Positions 53,156-62,679 of a stretch of DNA of 64,000 nucleotides are shown piece by piece. Position 1 is the first letter of the stretch, and each line of letters opens with the position of its first letter. The notes under the pieces are model-generated. The model was not told where the DNA came from. It did not search any database and saw only the letters and a program-made list of their open reading frames with translations. This DNA comes from an uncultured Bacteroidales bacterium (GTDB lineage Bacteria > Bacteroidota > Bacteroidia > Bacteroidales > F082): assembly GCA_947304185.1 (NCBI GenBank), contig CAMZAM010000010.1, positions 4,905-68,904 of the forward strand. Reading direction: 5' to 3'. Made by a program: the position numbers and the translations under genes.

Positions 53156-54355
53156 TTATTTCACCAAATCAAACGTGTCTTTAGCGATCATATATTCCTC
53201 GTCGGTAGGATATACGACCACCTTCACCTTTGAGTCAGGTGTTGAGATGACGGCTGCGTCACCCATGATAGTCTCATTCAGCTTCTTGTCGATCTTGATG
53301 CCGAAGAACTCCATGTTTTCGAGTATGGCTTCGCGCATGAACCATGCGTTTTCGCCGATGCCGCCTGTCATCACGAGGACGTCCATGCCGTTCATGATGG
53401 CTGTATAGGCGCCGATGTATTTTTTCACGCGGTGTGCAAACATGTTGAAGGCGTAGGTGCAGCGTTCGTCGCCAGCGTCACGGCCTGCGCGCACGTCACG
53501 CATATCCTGTGAGTTGCCGGTGATGCCGATGAGTCCAGACTTCTTGTTGACGAGGGTGTTCATCTCTTTTGTGGTGTAGCCTTCCTTGTCCATGATGTAC
53601 ATGAAGACGCCGAGGTCGAGGTCGCCAGTGCGGCTGCCCATCACGAGACCTTCGACAGGGGTGAAGCCCATTGATGTCTCCACCGACTTGCCGTTCTCTA
53701 CTGCTGCGATAGATGCGCCGCTGCCGAGGTGACAGGTGACGATCTTGGTGTTTTTCCAGTCTCTTCCGACATATTCAGCGGCTTTTTCGGCCACGTATTT
53801 GTGGCTGGTGCCGTGGAATCCGTAGCGACGTACACGATATTTCTCGTAGTATTCGTAAGGGATGGCATAGAGATATGCCTCTGGCGGCATGGTGGCATGG
53901 AATGAGGTGTCGAACACTGCTGCCATCGGGATGCCCGGGAGGACTGCCTGCATTGCTGCGATGCCCTGCAAGGCGCCCGGGTTATGCAGAGGAGCGAGGT
54001 CGCAGAGGTCTTTGATCTGGTTAATGACGTTGTCGTCGATGCGGACGCTGTGCGTGAACTTCTCTCCGCCGTGAGCCACGCGGTGACCGACAGCTTTGAT
54101 TTCTTTCAGGTCGCTGATGACGCCGTATTCCTTATTTGTAAGTGCCTGAAGCACAATCTTGATGCCTTCGGTATGGTTCGGGATAGGAAGCTGCTCGTAG
54201 TGCTTCTGACCGTTCCATTTATGAGTGAACTCGCCCATCTCGAGGCCGATGCGTTCCAAGAGGCCTTTTGCCAATACTGAGTGATTCTTTTCGTCCATCT
54301 CAATCAGCTGATATTTGATTGATGACGAACCGCAGTTTAAAACTAATATTTTCAT
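53156..54355 (-). CDS. ackA: Acetate kinase
   Basis: MKILVLNCGSSSIKYQL, GHRVAHGG, and RYGFHGTSH. Confidence 0.96.
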   Translation of the reverse strand: MKILVLNCGSSSIKYQLIEMDEKNHSVLAKGLLERIGLEMGEFTHKWNGQKHYEQLPIPNHTEGIKIVLQALTNKEYGVISDLKEIKAVGHRVAHGGEKFTHSVRIDDNVINQIKDLCDLAPLHNPGALQGIAAMQAVLPGIPMAAVFDTSFHATMPPEAYLYAIPYEYYEKYRVRRYGFHGTSHKYVAEKAAEYVGRDWKNTKIVTCHLGSGASIAAVENGKSVETSMGFTPVEGLVMGSRTGDLDLGVFMYIMDKEGYTTKEMNTLVNKKSGLIGITGNSQDMRDVRAGRDAGDERCTYAFNMFAHRVKKYIGAYTAIMNGMDVLVMTGGIGENAWFMREAILENMEFFGIKIDKKLNETIMGDAAVISTPDSKVKVVVYPTDEEYMIAKDTFDLVK

Positions 54356-54381
54356 CTCTTTTAACTTTTATCTTTTAACTT
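54354..54381 (-). repeat. 7-nt periodic array (plus strand atctctt|ttaactt|ttatctt|ttaactt; minus-sense AAGTTAA|AAGATAA|AAGTTAA|AAGAGAT)
   Basis: Read directly. It spans the pta stop and the pta-ackA spacer up to the ackA ATG. Confidence 0.7.
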
Positions 54382-55384
54382 TTTGTGCGATAGCTTGGTT
54401 ACATGTGATTGCAACGAGTTTATAGACATCGTCGATAGAACATCCACGGCTGAGGTCGTTACATGGTTTTGCGAGACCTTGCAGCACTGGGCCTACTGCT
54501 TCAGCGCCGGCCAGACGCTGGACGAGTTTGTAAGCGATGTTTCCTACCTCGAGGCATGGGAACACCAAGGTGTTGGCTTTTCCTGCAACAGCGCTGCCCG
54601 GGGCTTTGCTTGCGCCCACCGACGGCACTATGGCGGCGTCAGCTTGGAGCTCACCGTCGAGCACCAGGTCTGGCCGGCGCTCCTGTGCGATGCGTGTAGC
54701 CTCGATGACTTTGTCGACGACTTCATGCTTGGCCGAGCCCTTGGTCGAGAAGCTCAAGATGGCTGTGATAGGATCGATCTTAGCGATGGCCTTTGCTGTA
54801 TCGGCAGTGCAGATGGCTATCTCTGCAAGCTGTTCGGCTGTCGGCATCGGTGTGACTGCGCAGTCGGCAAACACCATGCGTCCGTTGGTGCCGTAAGGAC
54901 ATCCTTCAGGTAAGAACATCGTGAAAGCACCTGAAACACAAGTGACTCCCGGCACAGTCTTGATGATCTGTAATGCTGGGCGGAGCATGTCGCCTGTGGT
55001 TGAGCGTGCGCCGCTGACGAGACCGTCGGCTTCACCTGCCTTCACCATCAAGATGCCGAGGTACATGAAGTTACCTGCGAGGTCGTAAGCCTGCTCTGGT
55101 GTCATGCCTTTTGCCTTACGAAGCTCGAAAAGCAGGTCGGCGTATTTCTGTCTGTCAGGGTTGGTTTGCGGGTCGATGACACGGGCTTTGCCGATATTCT
55201 TGAGGCCGAATTCCTTCACCATGTCGGCGATCTTCTGGGCCGGTCCGATCAAAATGATGTCGGCGATGCCGTCAGCAACAAGGCGGTCGGCAGCCTTCAA
55301 TGTTCTTGGTTCGTCTCCCTCTGGGAGCACGATGCGCTGTTTGTTAGCCTGCGCATTGGCAATGATTTCTTCAATAAGTCCCAT
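54368..55384 (-). CDS. pta: Phosphate acetyltransferase
   Basis: 338 aa PTA_PTB-type sequence with RIVLPEG.EPR.L.AA and the C-terminal DLSRGCSIDDV. Confidence 0.93.
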   Translation of the reverse strand: MGLIEEIIANAQANKQRIVLPEGDEPRTLKAADRLVADGIADIILIGPAQKIADMVKEFGLKNIGKARVIDPQTNPDRQKYADLLFELRKAKGMTPEQAYDLAGNFMYLGILMVKAGEADGLVSGARSTTGDMLRPALQIIKTVPGVTCVSGAFTMFLPEGCPYGTNGRMVFADCAVTPMPTAEQLAEIAICTADTAKAIAKIDPITAILSFSTKGSAKHEVVDKVIEATRIAQERRPDLVLDGELQADAAIVPSVGASKAPGSAVAGKANTLVFPCLEVGNIAYKLVQRLAGAEAVGPVLQGLAKPCNDLSRGCSIDDVYKLVAITCNQAIAQKVKR

Positions 55385-55429
55385 AGTTCAATTATTTATG
55401 ATTTGAAATTTTCTGCAAAAATTATTTCG

Positions 55430-55437
55430 CAAAAATA
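55430..55437 (-). promoter_or_regulatory. -7 box TATTTTTG for pta-ackA
   Basis: Plus strand reads caaaaata. It lies 46 nt upstream of ATG 55384. Confidence 0.5.
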
Positions 55438-55470
55438 CAATATTTATCATAAAAATCCAAATTTTTTCTA

Positions 55471-55478
55471 TATTTTTG
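55471..55478 (+). promoter_or_regulatory. -7 box TATTTTTG for the DUF4271-like gene
   Basis: Matches TAnnTTTG, 25 nt upstream of ATG 55504. Confidence 0.55.
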
Positions 55479-55503
55479 CAGAAGAAAATTTTGACGGGAT
55501 TCT

Positions 55504-56241
55504 ATGAGTGAAATTGCTGATATTCAAATAGTTACAGAAAACCTTGCTTCAACGCTCGAGCCAAGCCTCCGTGTGGTGAAGGCTATTTCGCCCTCATGGA
55601 ATTTCATTATCGTTTTCGCAGCCATATTTCTTATGGTCATCAACAAGCAGCTCTATAGCCTGCGTTTCCGCATGATGCTGTCGGTGCTTTCGCAGCCTTC
55701 TGACAGCGACCGTATGTCACGCGAATGGAACCCAATATTGAGCATCAACGGCCTCACGGTGTTCGTCTCATACATCGCCCTTCTGGCTCTCGTGGTGCAG
55801 AAGATAATCCTCGTGTTTTCAGGAAATACTGGCCTTTACGGCAGTTTTAGCTTCTACCTCGACGTCTGCACCTTCATCGCTGCGTTATGCATAATCCAAT
55901 ACCTCTTTATCACCCTATATGGCTGGCTTTTCGGCATCGAATCGGCTACCACACACCATACCGTGACGCACCTGTCGACTATGGCCATCCTTAACATCGG
56001 ACTCATCGTTTTGGGCCTGATCATGATATTTTATCCGACAAAATTTATTTTGATAATAATAAGTTCTATAGTATTGATAATCAGTGGGATAAGAATTTTT
56101 AAGACATTTTTTGAGTTCCAAATTTTATCAAAGATGAATTTATTCAATATTTTTTTGTATTTTTGCACCCTCGAAATTATACCACTGTCAGTTGCCATCA
56201 CAATGCTCTGTCGTTTGGTTGTAACTAATTGTGTATTATAG
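55504..56241 (+). CDS. Polytopic membrane protein (DUF4271-like)
   Basis: About 6 TM helices. The position upstream of a HemD-like gene and rnpA matches common Bacteroidota synteny. The family call is from memory of that synteny. Confidence 0.5.
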   Translation: MSEIADIQIVTENLASTLEPSLRVVKAISPSWNFIIVFAAIFLMVINKQLYSLRFRMMLSVLSQPSDSDRMSREWNPILSINGLTVFVSYIALLALVVQKIILVFSGNTGLYGSFSFYLDVCTFIAALCIIQYLFITLYGWLFGIESATTHHTVTHLSTMAILNIGLIVLGLIMIFYPTKFILIIISSIVLIISGIRIFKTFFEFQILSKMNLFNIFLYFCTLEIIPLSVAITMLCRLVVTNCVL

Positions 56242-56266
56242 GATTATATAATAATGTTTTTGAAAA

Positions 56267-57031
56267 ATGAAGATTAAAAACATACTCGTTTCACAGCCAA
56301 AACCAGCTGATATTTCTAAAACTCATTGGGATAGTATCATCAAAAAGTACAATGTCAAGATAGATTTTGAAAAATTTATCCGCATTGAGGGCGTGGAAGC
56401 ATCGGAATTGAGGCAGGAACATGTGAAACTCACCGATTATACCGCTATCATCCTGACAAGCCGCAACGCAGTGGATCATTTCTTCCGCATCGCAAAAGAG
56501 ATGCGCTACACTGTGCCGGACGACTTGAAATATTTCTGTGTCAACGAAGCGACAGCATTATATCTCCAACATTACATCCAGTTCCGCAAACGTAAGATTT
56601 TCTACGGAAACCAGACGTTTGCCGACCTCATTGAAATCATGAAGAAACATCGCGAGGAGATGTATTTCCTGCCTACTTCAAACATCATCACCAATGAGGA
56701 TCACCCTGAGATGATGGACGCAGCGAAGCTCAACTATAAGAAAGCCATGCTGTTCCGCACGGTGCCGTCCGACCTGAAACATGTCGACATCACAAAATAC
56801 GACATGCTTGTTTTCTTCAGCCCTGCAGGTATCGACTCACTGAAGATCAACTTCCCTGACTTCGTGCAAGGTGAGGTGGCAATAGGCACTTTAGGCGCTT
56901 CGACCGCCAAGGCCGTCACCGACGCCGGCTTCAACCTCAGCCTCAGCGCTCCTACCAAGACCGCCCCGTCAATCACGATGGCGATTGAGGAGTATCTCGA
57001 CGCTGAAATCAAAAAAGCAAAGAAGAGATAA
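56267..57031 (+). CDS. Uroporphyrinogen-III synthase (HemD/HEM4)-like protein
   Basis: 254 aa, two-lobe pattern. ILVSQPKP..., AIILTSRNAVDHFF, and VFFSPAGIDSL. Confidence 0.6.
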   Translation: MKIKNILVSQPKPADISKTHWDSIIKKYNVKIDFEKFIRIEGVEASELRQEHVKLTDYTAIILTSRNAVDHFFRIAKEMRYTVPDDLKYFCVNEATALYLQHYIQFRKRKIFYGNQTFADLIEIMKKHREEMYFLPTSNIITNEDHPEMMDAAKLNYKKAMLFRTVPSDLKHVDITKYDMLVFFSPAGIDSLKINFPDFVQGEVAIGTLGASTAKAVTDAGFNLSLSAPTKTAPSITMAIEEYLDAEIKKAKKR

Positions 57032-57421
57032 TTGGAACCCAAGCAAGGACTACCGAAATCGCAGCGCATATATCTGAAAAAAGCTGTACAGACTTTATTT
57101 GAAGAAGGAAAAGGATTCTCGTTGTATCCTTTTCGTGTTGTCGTACATCTGTATGATGCTGAAAATCAAGAGGTTGCGATTCCAAGAATTCTCGTATCAG
57201 TCTCCAAGAAAAGATTTCATCATGCCATAAAACGTAACCGCGTGAAGCGCCTTATCCGCGAATGCTGGCGAAAAAACAAGGCCGAACTGATGAAATTATG
57301 CAAAGAAAACAACAAAACGCTCGATGTTGCGTTAGTATATAACGCTACAGTCATCTTAAAATATGATGAGATAGAGGAGAAAATGAAAAAAGTGGTTGAA
57401 CGTTTGGTCGAGAAATTATGA
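57032..57421 (+). CDS. rnpA: Ribonuclease P protein component
   Basis: [11 protein letters not shown]..., and [24 protein letters not shown] (RNR.KR motif). TTG is the only start that preserves the N-terminus. Confidence 0.85.
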   Translation: MEPKQGLPKSQRIYLKKAVQTLFEEGKGFSLYPFRVVVHLYDAENQEVAIPRILVSVSKKRFHHAIKRNRVKRLIRECWRKNKAELMKLCKENNKTLDVALVYNATVILKYDEIEEKMKKVVERLVEKL

Positions 57422-57660
57422 AAAAGGTACTAAACTTCATAGTGAAACTGCCGGCAAACTTCCTTATTTTGCTGATAAAGATATATCAGTACACACTTTC
57501 TCCTTTCATTGGCCGCAACTGCCGCTACACCCCGACATGCTCCAACTACGGCATCGAGGCGATACGCAAATACGGCGCCATCAAAGGCGGATGGCTGACG
57601 ATAAAACGAGTGGCGTCGTGCAACCCATGGGGCGGCTCAGGATATGATCCGGTTCCATAG
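57418..57660 (+). CDS. yidD: Membrane protein insertion efficiency factor YidD
   Basis: [31 protein letters not shown]...[13 protein letters not shown]. Confidence 0.93.
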   Translation: MKKVLNFIVKLPANFLILLIKIYQYTLSPFIGRNCRYTPTCSNYGIEAIRKYGAIKGGWLTIKRVASCNPWGGSGYDPVP

Positions 57661-57702
57661 GAGTTTGGAGTGTAGAGTTTAAAGTTTAGAGTTATAAGAT
57701 TA
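57661..57702 (+). repeat. 7-nt periodic array gagtttg|gagtgta|gagttta|aagttta|gagttat|aagatta
   Basis: Read directly. It fills the whole yidD-S41 peptidase spacer. Confidence 0.7.
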
Positions 57703-59354
57703 TGAGATATTTTAGATTAGCCTTGATTTTATTGGTTCTCACCGCGGTGAACGCGATGGGTCAGACCCAGAAGAATAACTTCGAGATATCAAAAAGCCTC
57801 GATATATATAATAATGTGCTGCGTCAGCTTAATATGTATTACGTCGAGGAGATCAACCCTGCCGAGCTCAACGAGAGCGCCATCAACGCCATGCTCGAAG
57901 GTCTCGATCCCTATACCGTGCTCATCCCTGAGTCGCAGATCGAAGACGTGAAGCTCATGACGACAGGCGAATACGGCGGTATCGGATCGCTGATACAGTA
58001 TTCCGACGGAAAGACTATGATTTCAGAGCCTTACGAAGGCTTCCCGGCTGCCAAGGCAGGTCTCATCCCTGGCGACATCTTCGTGGAAGTCAACGGCATC
58101 GACGTGACAGGCAAGAACACAAGCGAGATCAGCGAGCTGCTGAAAGGTACTCCTGGCACCATCGTCAAGCTGAAGATGCAACGCCCAGGCGAGAAAGAGC
58201 CTTACGTGAAGGAACTGAAACGCGAGAAGATAAAAATCGACAATATCCCTTATTCAACTGTGTTTGACAACGGCATCGGATACGCCATACTGTCGCAGTT
58301 TACCAAAGACTGTGCCCGCGAACTGAAAGACGTCATCGTAGGCATGAAGAAAGACCACGAACTCAAAGGCTTCATCCTCGACCTGCGTGGCAACGGCGGC
58401 GGACTGCTCAACGAAGCTGTCGACATCGTCAATATGTTCGTCCCAAAGAATAAACTCGTTGTGTATCAGAAAGGTAAGGTGGCTGAACAAAACTATAACC
58501 ACTACACCACACACGATCCTCTCGACCTCGACATACCGCTGGTAATCCTCGTCAACGAAGGTAGTGCCTCGGCATCAGAGATCGTCGCAGGTTCCATTCA
58601 GGACTTCGACAGAGGTGTCATCATGGGACAGCGTACATTCGGTAAGGGATTGGTACAGAATATCTTACCGATGAGCTACAACACCCAGATCAAGGTGACG
58701 GTAGCTCATTACTACCTGCCAAGCAACCGCTGCATTCAGGAGATCGACTACTCGAAGAAGAATAAGAAAACTGCCGATACCATAGCAAAAGCTGACACTC
58801 TCGGTAAGGTCTTCCACACCGCCAGCGGCCGCGTCGTGTACGAAGGTCACGGCATCACGCCAGATGTGAAGATCGAGCCGGAGATGATGTCGACAATCAC
58901 CACCTATCTCTATGCGAAAAACATCTTCTTCAAATACGCCAACAAGTTCTACAGAGAGCATAAGTCGATAAAATCGGCAAAAGATTTCCAGATCACCGAT
59001 AAGATCTATGATGACTTTATGCAATTCGTTAAGGATGAAGGCTTTACGTTTACATCCAAGAGCGAGTTGGATATCAAAGAACTGGAGAAGAGTGCCGAGA
59101 TGGAAGGTTATCTCGATGAGATTCAACCAATTCTTAATCAAGCAGTTACGATGATTGAAGAAGAGAAGGCCAAAGACCTGCTCAACAACCGTAAGGAGAT
59201 CGAACAGCTGCTGAAATACGAGATAGTGAGCCGTTATTACTATCAGAAAGGCCGTGTCATCGCCACTTTGGACGACGACCCGGAACTTGCGAAGGCATTC
59301 GAAGTGATTTTGGATCAGGAAGAATACAAAAACATCCTAAAAGGAACTAAATAA
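57702..59354 (+). CDS. S41 family C-terminal processing peptidase (PDZ domain)
   Basis: PDZ (PAAKAGLIPGDIFVEVNG), LDLRGNGGGLL, GSASASEIVAG, and FGKGLVQ. Confidence 0.9.
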   Translation: MRYFRLALILLVLTAVNAMGQTQKNNFEISKSLDIYNNVLRQLNMYYVEEINPAELNESAINAMLEGLDPYTVLIPESQIEDVKLMTTGEYGGIGSLIQYSDGKTMISEPYEGFPAAKAGLIPGDIFVEVNGIDVTGKNTSEISELLKGTPGTIVKLKMQRPGEKEPYVKELKREKIKIDNIPYSTVFDNGIGYAILSQFTKDCARELKDVIVGMKKDHELKGFILDLRGNGGGLLNEAVDIVNMFVPKNKLVVYQKGKVAEQNYNHYTTHDPLDLDIPLVILVNEGSASASEIVAGSIQDFDRGVIMGQRTFGKGLVQNILPMSYNTQIKVTVAHYYLPSNRCIQEIDYSKKNKKTADTIAKADTLGKVFHTASGRVVYEGHGITPDVKIEPEMMSTITTYLYAKNIFFKYANKFYREHKSIKSAKDFQITDKIYDDFMQFVKDEGFTFTSKSELDIKELEKSAEMEGYLDEIQPILNQAVTMIEEEKAKDLLNNRKEIEQLLKYEIVSRYYYQKGRVIATLDDDPELAKAFEVILDQEEYKNILKGTK

Positions 59355-59359
59355 CAGAC

Positions 59360-59863
59360 ATGAAAAAACATAAACTGACACTCTCTTTTCTTGAATTCAA
59401 CTCCATCGACGAGCTGAACGACGACGATCGCACTCTTTTGCTGAAGGCTAAAGAAGCGGCGAAAAACGCCTACGCCCCTTATTCAAAGTTTAAGGTTGGA
59501 GCGGCAGTGCGACTTGCCAACGGTACGGTGATAATCGGCAGCAACCAGGAAAACGCGGTTTATCCTGTAGGACTCTGTGCCGAGCGAGTGGCATTGTTTA
59601 GCGCCCAAGCCAACTATCCTGATCAGCCTATTGTGGCCCTTGCGGTGACAGCCATCGGCAGCGACGGCACGATCTCGCAGCCGGTGCCTCCATGTGGCAG
59701 CTGCCGTCAGGCTATGATAGAGGCGGAGAGCCGTCACAACCAGCCGTTGCGCGTCATTATGCAAGGTGAAGAAGGCCCAATCATCATAAGCGAGAAGATG
59801 GATAACCTGATGCCGCTGATCTTTGCAGAAGATTTTTTGAAAAAATACACCGAATTGGTGTAG
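59360..59863 (+). CDS. cdd: Cytidine deaminase
   Basis: Zinc ligand motifs CAERVALF and PCGSCRQ. Confidence 0.88.
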   Translation: MKKHKLTLSFLEFNSIDELNDDDRTLLLKAKEAAKNAYAPYSKFKVGAAVRLANGTVIIGSNQENAVYPVGLCAERVALFSAQANYPDQPIVALAVTAIGSDGTISQPVPPCGSCRQAMIEAESRHNQPLRVIMQGEEGPIIISEKMDNLMPLIFAEDFLKKYTELV

Positions 59864-59865
59864 GA

Positions 59866-60255
59866 TTACCTAAATGTAAACAGCAGATTTGCGAAGAAAT
59901 TCCAAAGCGTCGCCATGCCGATGGCGAAAATCTTGCTGAGGTAGAAGTTCCATTTCAGTTTGTCGGTCAAAAGATAAAGCGTCAACGAATTGATACCCAA
60001 TCCGATAGCCGAGACAAGCATAAACTTTCCGTATTCCGTGGCGACGTTAGCATTGTCGCTCTGGAAGGTCCAAATCCTGTTTAAGATATAGTTTGAAGTT
60101 GCAGCGCAGATGAAACCGATGGCGTTGCTCACGTATTTGTTGATTTTTATTATCTCCTTGAAGAGATAAGTCACACCGAAATCAACGAAAACGCCAGAGA
60201 ATCCGACGGCTCCGAACTTCAAAAATTTTAATATGAAAAGCTTATCAATTGTCAT
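59866..60255 (-). CDS. GtrA family membrane protein
   Basis: 129 aa with four TM helices. LKFGAVGFSGVFVDFGV..., and N....WTF. Confidence 0.7.
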   Translation of the reverse strand: MTIDKLFILKFLKFGAVGFSGVFVDFGVTYLFKEIIKINKYVSNAIGFICAATSNYILNRIWTFQSDNANVATEYGKFMLVSAIGLGINSLTLYLLTDKLKWNFYLSKIFAIGMATLWNFFANLLFTFR

Positions 60256-61105
60256 TCTTTAATCTTAAACGATTACATGCTATAAATATTGCTACGGTCG
60301 TAATCAAACTCATCGCTATCACCAACACGTTGTCGGTCAGTCCGAATGTCTCCACATCGACGTTAATAACCTCCTTTTTATTTAGGTAAAATAGCATCAC
60401 GATTGTGCCGTTGTTCACGAAATGCATCAACATCGATGGGAAAATCGAGCCGCTGAGGTAGAACATATAGCCTAGCATCAGTCCGAGGATGAAACGAGGG
60501 AAAAATCCGAAGAAATCGCCGTGGAAAGCCGAGAAAACTATGGCTGTCAGAATGATTCCGATGTGAGCGTTCTTGCAGATTTTTATCATCGCCTTCTGGA
60601 TCACCGAGCGGAACAGCAACTCCTCGCTGATGGCCGCCAATGCAGCTACGATAAGCAATCCCGAGAATAGCGAGCCTTCGGTCATAAATTTCTCAGTCGT
60701 CTCGTTGGCGAGTTCCTGAATGTAACGCAGTTTCTGCTCAAGAACGGCCATCGACTCAGGTAAACTGATATTGTCGTTCCATTCTGTCACCATGGCAAGG
60801 AATGGTATTATAGTGAAAATTGCCACTATTCCAAGTAGTGACCATGGCTGTAACTTCTTGAATCCCAAATAGTCAAAAGGCTTTTCTTTAACGAGTATCA
60901 CATAAAGTATCGGTGGCAGCATGAAGCCGAAAACTTGACTTATGACTTGTCCGATCTGAATGTTTGTGATGTCGTTCATGCCATCTCCCGACAGCAGGAA
61001 TAACGCTCCGAGTACGCTGCTGAACGCCAATCCGAAGATTAGCAACAGTATGAAGATCAACAGTTTAGTGCCTTGAGAGGCGTTTTTTATCAATGGGAAT
61101 TGCAT
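60245..61105 (-). CDS. CPBP family intramembrane glutamic endopeptidase (CAAX protease-like)
   Basis: SEELLFRSV, FSAFHG and MHFVNN motifs. Confidence 0.8.
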   Translation of the reverse strand: MQFPLIKNASQGTKLLIFILLLIFGLAFSSVLGALFLLSGDGMNDITNIQIGQVISQVFGFMLPPILYVILVKEKPFDYLGFKKLQPWSLLGIVAIFTIIPFLAMVTEWNDNISLPESMAVLEQKLRYIQELANETTEKFMTEGSLFSGLLIVAALAAISEELLFRSVIQKAMIKICKNAHIGIILTAIVFSAFHGDFFGFFPRFILGLMLGYMFYLSGSIFPSMLMHFVNNGTIVMLFYLNKKEVINVDVETFGLTDNVLVIAMSLITTVAIFIACNRLRLKNDN

Positions 61106-61107
61106 AA

Positions 61108-62568
61108 TTATCGATTATATTTTTTGACTAATTCTTTTAATTTCTTATTCAAATTTTCATTTTCGAGCAACGATTCCACGCTTTGATGCATGCGGTATTT
61201 CCACTTCCAGTGTGGGTCGGCGGGCTCGTTGATCTGTTCGCCAGCGGTGTTATCCCAACGGAAGTCGCCATCCATAGCGATGTAATCCTGGATAGGGAGT
61301 ATGACCCACTGCGAACTCGAGTTGAGGTGTTGCTCCACTATCTCCTGGCACACCCACGGCTCGCAGAAATATGGTGGATCGTCGGTATGATGCAGCATCT
61401 CGTGATAATAGCGTGTCGACAGCGCACGGTCTTGTTCCCACCATCTGCGTATCGTCGGCATATCGTGTGTCCCCGTTGTGTCGACGCTCAGATAAGGGTT
61501 TGTGCGTGGGTCGCTGAATAAACATGTGCCATTTTTTGGCATACGTTGCACCTCGAGGCTCAAAATGCCCAGTTCGCGCATCACTCCTGGCACACATGGT
61601 GCCACCATGCCGAGATCTTCGCCACAAATCAGCAATGATCTGTCACCAAAAATCTCCTTTAACCGTTTTCTTCCTTCAATCTCCCAAAGCTTCGGGTTTT
61701 CAGGCGAATAATGCCCGTAACTTGCATCCGGACTGCCTTTGGGGATCTCCCAGATGCGGAAAAACCCGAGGATATGGTCGATGCGAAGGGCATCGAAATA
61801 TTGTTTAAACCATTCTACGCGTTCTTTCCACCACTGGAATCCGTCGGCTTCCATCGCAGCCCAGTTATATGTGGGGAAGCCCCAGTTCTGCCCTTGAGGC
61901 GCGAAGCCGTCAGGCGGAGCGCCGGTTTCCATGTCCAAGTTGAAAAGATGCGGATTCTGTTTCACGTCGTCGCTCTCACGGTTCACCCCGATTGGCAAGT
62001 CGCCCTTGAGCATGATGCCTCTCTCGTGAAGATAGGTAACGGCCTCCGACAGCTGCTTGTCGCACTGCTCCTGCAGAAACTCATAAAACCCATCACATTG
62101 GCCGAGGGCCTTCACATCCCGCGAAGCGGCACATTGACCGAAGGTCATCACATTGCGACCTTCGGGAGCATCACATTTCAGCGAATCGTAGATTCGATGA
62201 AGATACCACATCTTGGTCTTGAAAACTTCAGGATAATCGACAAACTCCTTCGCGTTGAGCTCTTTCTTCAGCTCCTCGAAATGTTTTTGGTCTTTTCTGT
62301 CTTTCAGTTCCCCGACACGTTCCAGATTAAGATAAATAGGATGTAATGCCTTGGTACTGATTGACTTATAGGGATATGAATCGCTCCATCCACCGTCTGT
62401 CGTGGTGTCGTTGATGGGAAGGATCTGAATCATTTTCAGTCCCGTCATTACACACCAATCTGCGAGCTTCTTCAGGTCGAGAAACTCGCCGATGCCGCAA
62501 CTGCTCTCGCTTCGCAGCGAAAAGACAGGAACGGCGACGCCAGAATGATATGACATGTTTTGCGACAT
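61108..62568 (-). CDS. malQ: 4-alpha-glucanotransferase (GH77, amylomaltase)
   Basis: GVAVPVFSLRS..GIGEF, DALRIDHILGFFR, GEDLG, and GTHDMPT. Confidence 0.9.
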   Translation of the reverse strand: MSQNMSYHSGVAVPVFSLRSESSCGIGEFLDLKKLADWCVMTGLKMIQILPINDTTTDGGWSDSYPYKSISTKALHPIYLNLERVGELKDRKDQKHFEELKKELNAKEFVDYPEVFKTKMWYLHRIYDSLKCDAPEGRNVMTFGQCAASRDVKALGQCDGFYEFLQEQCDKQLSEAVTYLHERGIMLKGDLPIGVNRESDDVKQNPHLFNLDMETGAPPDGFAPQGQNWGFPTYNWAAMEADGFQWWKERVEWFKQYFDALRIDHILGFFRIWEIPKGSPDASYGHYSPENPKLWEIEGRKRLKEIFGDRSLLICGEDLGMVAPCVPGVMRELGILSLEVQRMPKNGTCLFSDPRTNPYLSVDTTGTHDMPTIRRWWEQDRALSTRYYHEMLHHTDDPPYFCEPWVCQEIVEQHLNSSSQWVILPIQDYIAMDGDFRWDNTAGEQINEPADPHWKWKYRMHQSVESLLENENLNKKLKELVKKYNR

Positions 62569-62580
62569 GTTTTTTATTTA

Positions 62581-62660
62581 GGCAGGATTAACAGGAGATA
62601 CAAGATATCTGGTTTTACAAAATTGTTATCCAAATCCTGTTAATCTTGTTACTCCTGTCT
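62581..62660. repeat. Inverted arrays of a 9-mer (ACAGGAKTA-like): gcaggatta|acaggagat|acaagatat ... reverse-complement copies at 62628-62660
   Basis: Read directly in the adk-malQ spacer. It can fold into alternative long hairpins. Confidence 0.65.
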
Positions 62661-62679
62661 TAAAAACAATTGTGTCAAA

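Noticed and set aside
61711-62346. 211-aa + strand ORF inside malQ
   Set aside because: It is antisense to a gene with clear GH77 motifs.
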